Below, one piece after another: positions 45,546 through 52,746 of a DNA stretch of 52,746 nt; within the stretch, counting starts at the first letter, position 1; the number at the start of each line of letters is the position of its first letter. Source of the stretch: Gemmatimonadota bacterium (lineage in GTDB: Bacteria; Desulfobacterota; Deferrimicrobia; Deferrimicrobiales; Deferrimicrobiaceae); the NCBI GenBank assembly GCA_050257455.1, contig JBLMWX010000036.1, positions 1-52,746 on the forward strand, in the 5' to 3' direction. The notes beneath the pieces were generated by a model that made no database searches, was not told where the DNA came from, and saw only the letters and a list, made by a program, of their open reading frames with translations. The translations under genes were made by a program, and so were the position numbers.

Positions 45546-47090
45546 ATGTCTCTTCAGGAGAAATTCGATGAGCTGCGCCGGAAAAACGGCCTCGCGATGG
45601 AGGGGGGCGGGAAGAAGCGGATCGAGACGCAGCACGCCCAGGGGAAGCTGACCGCGCGGGAACGGATCGACCTCCTCCTCGACCCGAACTCCTTCGTCGA
45701 GCTCGACCGGTTCGTGCAGCACCGGTGCGCGGACTTCGAGATGGAGAAGTACCTGGGCGACGGGGTCATCACCGGTTACGGGCAGATCAACGGCCGGCTC
45801 GTCTACATCTTCGCGCAGGACTTCACGTGCTTCGGCGGCTCCCTCTCGGAGGCGTACGCCGAGAAGATCTGCAAGGTCATGGACCACGCCGCCCGCAACG
45901 GGGCCCCCGTCGTCGGCCTGAACGACTCGGGCGGGGCGCGGATCCAGGAGGGGGTCCAGAGCCTCGCGGGCTACGCCGACATCTTCTTGAGGAACACGAT
46001 CTACTCGGGGGTGGTCCCGCAGCTGTCCGCCATCATGGGACCGTGCGCCGGCGGCGCCGTCTACTCCCCCGCCATCACCGACTTCATCCTCATGGTCAAG
46101 AACACCTCCTACATGTTCGTCACCGGGCCGGACGTCATCAAGACCGTCACCCACGAGGAGGTCACCAAGGAGAACCTCGGCGGGGCGATGACGCACAACG
46201 AGCGCAGCGGCGTCGCCCACTTCGCCGCGGAGGACGAGAAGGAGTGCCTCTTCCTCATCCGCGAGCTCCTCTCGTTCGTCCCCCAGAACAACATGGAGGA
46301 TCCTCCCGTCGTGACGCCGAAGGACTCCCCGGACCGCAGGGACGAGAGCCTGAACCAGGTCGTCCCCGACATCCCGACGAAGCCGTACGACATCCGGGAC
46401 GTGATCCGGAAGGTCGTGGACGACGGGTACTTCTTCGAGATCCAGGAGCATTACGCGCGGAACATCGTCATCGGCTTCGCCCGGATGAACGGGCGGCCCG
46501 TCGGCATCACCGCCAACCAGCCCGCCGTCCTCGCGGGCTGCCTCGACATCAGCTCCTCGATCAAGGGCGCGCGCTTCGTCCGGTTCTGCGACGCCTTCAA
46601 CATCCCGCTCCTGACGTTCGTCGACGTGCCCGGCTTCCTCCCCGGGACGGGGCAGGAGTACGGCGGGATCATCAAGCACGGCGCGAAGCTCCTCTACGCC
46701 TTCGCCGAGGCCACCGTCCCGAAGATCACCGTCATCACGCGGAAGGCGTACGGCGGGGCATACGACGTCATGTCCTCCAAGCACGTCCGGGGCGACGTCA
46801 ACTACGCCTACCCGACCGCCGAGATCGCCGTGATGGGGCCCGACGGGGCGGTCAACATCATCTTTCGGAAGGAACTGCTCAAGTCGGCCAATCCGGAGCA
46901 GACGCGGGCGGAGCTCGTGGCCGACTACCGGGATCGCTTCGCGTCGCCGTACAAGGCGGCGGAACTCGGCTACATCGACGAGGTCATCATGCCCGAGGAG
47001 ACGCGGTCCAAGGTCATCAGGGCCCTCGAGATGCTCAAGAACAAGCGCGACGCGAACCCGTCGCGCAAGCACGGCAACATTCCCCTGTAG
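45546..47090 (+). CDS. pccB: Acyl-CoA carboxylase carboxyltransferase subunit (propionyl-CoA carboxylase beta / methylmalonyl-CoA carboxyltransferase 12S type)
   Basis: 514 aa with an AGGAGGGAAGG ribosome-binding site. Motifs [21 protein letters not shown] and [11 protein letters not shown] are present. Confidence 0.85.
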   Translation: MSLQEKFDELRRKNGLAMEGGGKKRIETQHAQGKLTARERIDLLLDPNSFVELDRFVQHRCADFEMEKYLGDGVITGYGQINGRLVYIFAQDFTCFGGSLSEAYAEKICKVMDHAARNGAPVVGLNDSGGARIQEGVQSLAGYADIFLRNTIYSGVVPQLSAIMGPCAGGAVYSPAITDFILMVKNTSYMFVTGPDVIKTVTHEEVTKENLGGAMTHNERSGVAHFAAEDEKECLFLIRELLSFVPQNNMEDPPVVTPKDSPDRRDESLNQVVPDIPTKPYDIRDVIRKVVDDGYFFEIQEHYARNIVIGFARMNGRPVGITANQPAVLAGCLDISSSIKGARFVRFCDAFNIPLLTFVDVPGFLPGTGQEYGGIIKHGAKLLYAFAEATVPKITVITRKAYGGAYDVMSSKHVRGDVNYAYPTAEIAVMGPDGAVNIIFRKELLKSANPEQTRAELVADYRDRFASPYKAAELGYIDEVIMPEETRSKVIRALEMLKNKRDANPSRKHGNIPL

Positions 47091-47100
47091 GAGGGCGTCC

Positions 47101-48612
47101 GTGTTCAAGAAAGTCCTGATCGCGAACCGGGGAGAGATCGCCGTCCGGGTGGAGCGCGCCTGCCGCGAGTTGGGCATCAGGACGGTGGCGGTCTACTCCG
47201 AGGTCGACCGGCACGCGCTCCACGTCCGGTGCGCCGACGAGGCCTACCCCATCGGGCCGCCGCCCGCCAAGGAGTCGTACCTCGTCATCGACAAGATCAT
47301 CGACGCCGCCCGGAGGAGCGGGGCCGAGGCGATCCACCCCGGCTACGGCTTCCTCGCAGAGAACCCCCTGTTCGCCGAGCGGTGCGAGAAGGAGAAGATC
47401 AAGCTCATCGGCCCCTCCGCCCACGCGATGCGCACGATGGGGTCCAAGACCCTCGCGCGCAAGACCGTCCAGGCGGCGGGCGTTCCCGTGGTGCCCGGGA
47501 CGGTCGAGCCGATCGCGACGGAGGACGAGGTCTTCCGGGTGGCGCGGGAGATCGGCTTCCCGTTGATGCTCAAGGCCACCGCCGGCGGGGGCGGCAAGGG
47601 GCTGCGCCTCGTCAGGGCCGAATCGGAGCTTGCGTCGGCGCTGCGGATGGCGAAATCCGAGGCCCGGTCGGCGTTCAGCGACGACTCGGTCTACATCGAG
47701 CGGTACATCGAGAACCCCCGGCACGTGGAGATCCAGATTCTGGGGGACCGTCACGGCAACTACGTCCACCTCTTCGAGCGCGAATGCTCCATCCAGAGGC
47801 GCCACCAGAAGGTCGTCGAGGAGTCGCCGTCGGTCCTCATCACGCCCGGGATCCGGTCCGCGATGGGACGCGTGGCGGTCGAGGCGGCCCGGTCGGTCAG
47901 GTACGAAGGCGCCGGGACGTGCGAGTTTCTCGTGGACAGGGACCGCAACTTCTTCTTCCTCGAGATGAATACCCGCCTCCAGGTCGAACACCCGGTCACC
48001 GAGATGGTGACCGGCGTCGATATCGTCAAGGAGCAGCTCCGGATCGCGGCGGGGGAGAAGCTCTCCATCCGCCAGGAGGATCTCGTGCAGACCGGCCACG
48101 CCATCGAGTGCCGCGTCTACGCGGAGGACCCCGACCGGAACTTCTTCCCGTGTCCCGGGCCCATCACGTCCCTGCGCACGCCCGGCGGCCCCGGCGTGCG
48201 CGACGACTCGGGCGTGTTCGAGGGGTTCGAGATCCCCATCTACTACGACCCGATCATCTCGAAGTTGGTGGCGTGGGGACGGGACCGGACCGAGGCGATC
48301 GCCCGCATGAAGCGGGCATTGAGCGAGTACGTCGTCACGGGGGTCAAGACGACGATCCCGTTCCACATCCGGGTGATGAACAACCGCCACTTCCTGGAGG
48401 GGAACTTCGACACGAACTTCATCGACAAGGTGTTCTTCAAGGAGGAGGAGGATCGGCGTCCCGGGCACGGGGACGTGGCGGTCATCACGGCGGCGATCGC
48501 GCTGTTCCTGGACGAGCGCAGGCAGGCGGTCGCGCACAAGCCCGCGGCGGCGTCGGGCCCGGTGTCGATGTGGAAGTACTCCACCCGGCCCGGCATGAGA
48601 AGAATGGGCTAA
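47101..48612 (+). CDS. Biotin carboxylase subunit (ATP-grasp)
   Basis: 503 aa with a GTG start. Motifs [22 protein letters not shown] and [14 protein letters not shown] are present. Confidence 0.9.
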   Translation: MFKKVLIANRGEIAVRVERACRELGIRTVAVYSEVDRHALHVRCADEAYPIGPPPAKESYLVIDKIIDAARRSGAEAIHPGYGFLAENPLFAERCEKEKIKLIGPSAHAMRTMGSKTLARKTVQAAGVPVVPGTVEPIATEDEVFRVAREIGFPLMLKATAGGGGKGLRLVRAESELASALRMAKSEARSAFSDDSVYIERYIENPRHVEIQILGDRHGNYVHLFERECSIQRRHQKVVEESPSVLITPGIRSAMGRVAVEAARSVRYEGAGTCEFLVDRDRNFFFLEMNTRLQVEHPVTEMVTGVDIVKEQLRIAAGEKLSIRQEDLVQTGHAIECRVYAEDPDRNFFPCPGPITSLRTPGGPGVRDDSGVFEGFEIPIYYDPIISKLVAWGRDRTEAIARMKRALSEYVVTGVKTTIPFHIRVMNNRHFLEGNFDTNFIDKVFFKEEEDRRPGHGDVAVITAAIALFLDERRQAVAHKPAAASGPVSMWKYSTRPGMRRMG

Positions 48613-48621
48613 GGAGCGGCG

Positions 48622-49122
48622 ATGAACTACGTGGCGACGATCGGGGAGAAGGAAGCCAGGGTGACGGTCGAGGAGGTCGGTGTCGCGCGGTACAAGGTGA
48701 CGATCGACGGGCAGGAGCACCTCGTGGACGCCCACCAGGTCCAGAGCAGCGTCTGGTCCGTCCTCTACGGGGCCGAATCGTTCGAGGTGGACGTCCAGGG
48801 CAGGGGCGACGAGCACGAGGTCCTCATCGCCGGCGACTGCTACAAGTTCTCGCTGATGAACGAGCAGCGCCGGGCGCTCATGCGCACCGCCGGAAAGGGC
48901 GGGGCGGGGAAGGCGATGGTGACCTCGCCGATGCCGGGGAAGGTGGTCAAGCTCCTCGTCGCGCCGGGCGAGGAGGTCAAGGCCGAGCAGGGCGTGATCG
49001 TCGTCGAGGCCATGAAGATGGAGAACGAGCTGAAATCCGCCGTCTCGGGGACGGTCAAGGAGATCTTCGTGAAGGAAGGCGAGGTCGTCGAGTCCGGGGC
49101 GAAGCTCATCTTCGTCGAGTAG
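48622..49122 (+). CDS. Biotin carboxyl carrier protein
   Basis: 166 aa with the biotinylation motif [11 protein letters not shown] near the C terminus. Confidence 0.85.
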   Translation: MNYVATIGEKEARVTVEEVGVARYKVTIDGQEHLVDAHQVQSSVWSVLYGAESFEVDVQGRGDEHEVLIAGDCYKFSLMNEQRRALMRTAGKGGAGKAMVTSPMPGKVVKLLVAPGEEVKAEQGVIVVEAMKMENELKSAVSGTVKEIFVKEGEVVESGAKLIFVE

Positions 49123-49130
49123 GAGGGGAG

Positions 49131-50822
<1,692 letters not shown>

Positions 50823-50935
50823 CCCCCTTCCGCAAGCCCCGCGAGCGATCGAGCCGGTCGATGACGCCGGCGCGCAGGCCGGGAGCCGTCGCGGCCCGCC
50901 TTCCGGAGGCGCCGGATCGGTGCTAGGGTGAATCG

Positions 50936-52746
50936 ATGAGCGCCGCGTGGAAACGTGCCGTTTTCGCGGTCCTCCTGCTCCTTGGCGCGGGCTCGCGGGC
51001 CTTTGGCGAGGCCCCCGCGGGTCGGGAGTCCGGTCTCCGGTCCCTCCCCGCGGCGCGAACGGCCCCCGCGCCGGGGCAGCCGCTGATCGCGATCCTCTGC
51101 TACCACGACGTGTCCGGCGGGCCCGGCACCCCCACGTCGACGATCTCCCCGGCTGCGCTCCGCGACCAGATCCGCGGTCTCAGGAAGAACGGCTGGACGA
51201 TCCTCCCGCTGTCCGAACTCCTGTCCCGCCGCGGGAACGTCTCCGCCCTCCCTCCCCGGGTCGCGGTCCTGACCTTCGACGACGGGTACCGGAGCTTCCT
51301 CGACAACGTCCTCCCCGTCCTGCGCGCGGAGGGGGCGAAGGCCACGCTTGCCGTGGCCGACGCCCTGATCGACCGTCCCCCGGCGGACATGCCGCCTCTC
51401 ATGTCCTGGGACGGCATCCGGAAGGCGGAGCGCAGCGGGCTCGTCGAGATCGCGTCCCATTCCCATGCGCTTCACCGGTACGAGACCTCGAATCCGTACG
51501 GGGATACGGGGCCCTCGGTCCCGACGCGGCGCTACCTGGCGGCGGAGGGGCGGTACGAGGATCGCGACGAGTACCGGAACCGCATCAGGATGGACCTCCG
51601 GGAGGCCCGGCGCCGGCTGCGGCGGGAACTGGGCCACGACGTGAGCGTCCTGGCCTGGCCGTACGGAGAGCACAACGCGATGGCCCGCGCCATCGCCGCG
51701 CAGGAAGGGTTCGCGACGACCCTGGGCCTCGACGGAACCGACGTCCGCGCGGAAGATCTGGGGAGCGCGTACCTGCCCCGCGTGATGGTGTTCCGGGGCC
51801 TGGGCGTCGGGGCGGACGACATGAGGTGGCTGTACGAGCCGCGCCGTCCCGTCCGGGCGGCGCAGGTGGACCTCGACGCCGTCTACGATCCCGATCCCGC
51901 CGCTTTCCGGGCCAACGTCGACCGGATGGTGGCGCACGTCCGGGCGATCGGCGCGACCCACGCGGTCCTCCAGGCCTGCCCCGACCCCGACGGAAACGGC
52001 TTCTTCCGGCAGGCCTGGTTCATGAACCACCAGGTTCCCGTGAAGGCGGACATCTGGTCGATGGTGGCCGCCAAGCTCTCCCACGCCGGCGTCGCGGTCT
52101 GGATCCGCGCCCCGTCGATGAACCTGCCCTGGGCGTGGGAAAAGCGGCCCGACTGGCGCATCCCCTTCCGCAGGGGGCCCGGGGAGAAGGGGCCCGACCC
52201 GTGGTACTTCCGGGTCTCTCCGGACATCCCCGGGGCGCGCCGCGCCGCGGTCGACTTCCTCGCCGACATCGCCGTCTACCTGCCGATCCAGGGGGTTCTC
52301 TTCGACGACGACGCCTACATGCTCGGCGGGGAAAGTCTCGCGGGGAGCGGCGCGTCATCGCCGGACGCCAAGTCGGAGGCGATGCGGGCCCTGGTCGAGG
52401 AACTCAAGGCCGCGGTCCTCGCGTGGCGGCCGCAGTGCCGGTTCGCGCGGAACATTTACGCTCCCGCCGCGGAGCGGGACGGGATCCACCCGGACTTTTC
52501 GCAGGACTTCGGCCAGTTCCTGCGTGACTACGACCTGACCGTCGTGATGGCCTACGCGAGGATGGAGGGGCACGGGAAGGATGCCGGGGACTGGGCCGTC
52601 GCGCTGGGCCGTCGCGCCACCGCGCGATGGATCCCGCCCCCGGGACAGGAGCGGTGGGCGCCCCCCGTCATGCTGAAGTTCCAGGCGTACGACTGGTCCG
52701 ACGAGTCCTGGGTCCCGGGCGAAGAGCTCGCGGCGATGGTGCGCGG
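50936..52746 (+). CDS. PgaB-like poly-beta-1,6-N-acetylglucosamine N-deacetylase (3' end outside the window)
   Basis: My own translation of the frame starting at ATG 50936, which is open to the window end and absent from the ORF track. It has a signal peptide (MSAAWKRAVFAVLLLLGAGSRAFG), NodB motifs LCYHDV, TFDDGY and ASHSHALH, and a long PgaB-type C-terminal domain. Confidence 0.7.
   Translation, partial: MSAAWKRAVFAVLLLLGAGSRAFGEAPAGRESGLRSLPAARTAPAPGQPLIAILCYHDVSGGPGTPTSTISPAALRDQIRGLRKNGWTILPLSELLSRRGNVSALPPRVAVLTFDDGYRSFLDNVLPVLRAEGAKATLAVADALIDRPPADMPPLMSWDGIRKAERSGLVEIASHSHALHRYETSNPYGDTGPSVPTRRYLAAEGRYEDRDEYRNRIRMDLREARRRLRRELGHDVSVLAWPYGEHNAMARAIAAQEGFATTLGLDGTDVRAEDLGSAYLPRVMVFRGLGVGADDMRWLYEPRRPVRAAQVDLDAVYDPDPAAFRANVDRMVAHVRAIGATHAVLQACPDPDGNGFFRQAWFMNHQVPVKADIWSMVAAKLSHAGVAVWIRAPSMNLPWAWEKRPDWRIPFRRGPGEKGPDPWYFRVSPDIPGARRAAVDFLADIAVYLPIQGVLFDDDAYMLGGESLAGSGASSPDAKSEAMRALVEELKAAVLAWRPQCRFARNIYAPAAERDGIHPDFSQDFGQFLRDYDLTVVMAYARMEGHGKDAGDWAVALGRRATARWIPPPGQERWAPPVMLKFQAYDWSDESWVPGEELAAMVR

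Noticed and set aside
50947-52527. A 526-aa plus-strand ORF listed in the track at the right end of the window.
   Set aside because: It is the Arg/Pro/Gly-rich alternative frame. The frame starting at ATG 50936 gives a PgaB-like protein with a signal peptide and NodB motifs, and stays open to the window edge.

Overview
All product calls below come from motif recognition by eye; no database or HMM search was run. The window is a GC-rich bacterial chromosomal segment, almost fully coding and mostly housekeeping. Gene order (pilB-pilT-pilC-pilS; trmFO-xerC-hslVU; argBDFGH-lysA-dapFAB) resembles Geobacter/Desulfuromonadota-type genomes, but that is inferred from synteny only.

Contents from left to right:
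- **Island boundary (1-485):** the 3' end of a tyrosine integrase, a 21-nt duplicate of a tRNA 3' end, and an intact tRNA-Thr(CGU). Most of the integrated element lies outside the window.
- **816-6146:** a DUF4382-like lipoprotein, then a radical-SAM fusion gene coupled to rng.
- **6235-8892:** a large P-loop NTPase fused to an RsbW-type kinase domain, followed by a STAS partner.
- **8962-13522:** a sugar-phosphate isomerase, a GntR regulator, selA, an HNH endonuclease and aroE.
- **13584-23701:** type IV pilus genes pilBTC plus a PilS-like kinase, then trmFO-xerC-hslVU.
- **23718-35178:** a long arginine, lysine/diaminopimelate and folK gene string.
- **35376-45477:** IclR and TetR regulators with an acyl-CoA dehydrogenase, an HTH protein fused to a degenerate ADP-ribosylglycohydrolase domain behind a conspicuous AT-rich control region, a membrane Fe-S/CCG oxidoreductase, a hydrolase, and a GlcD/Fe-S pair.
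- **45546-52746:** a propionyl-CoA carboxylase / methylmalonyl-CoA mutase cluster and a 3'-truncated PgaB-like deacetylase.

I found no CRISPR array, rRNA, transposase or recognisable defence operon. The two best candidates for undescribed biology are the NTPase-kinase/STAS pair (6235-8892) and the HTH-pseudo-ARH regulator with its paired operators (38035-39784). Both are hypotheses only.
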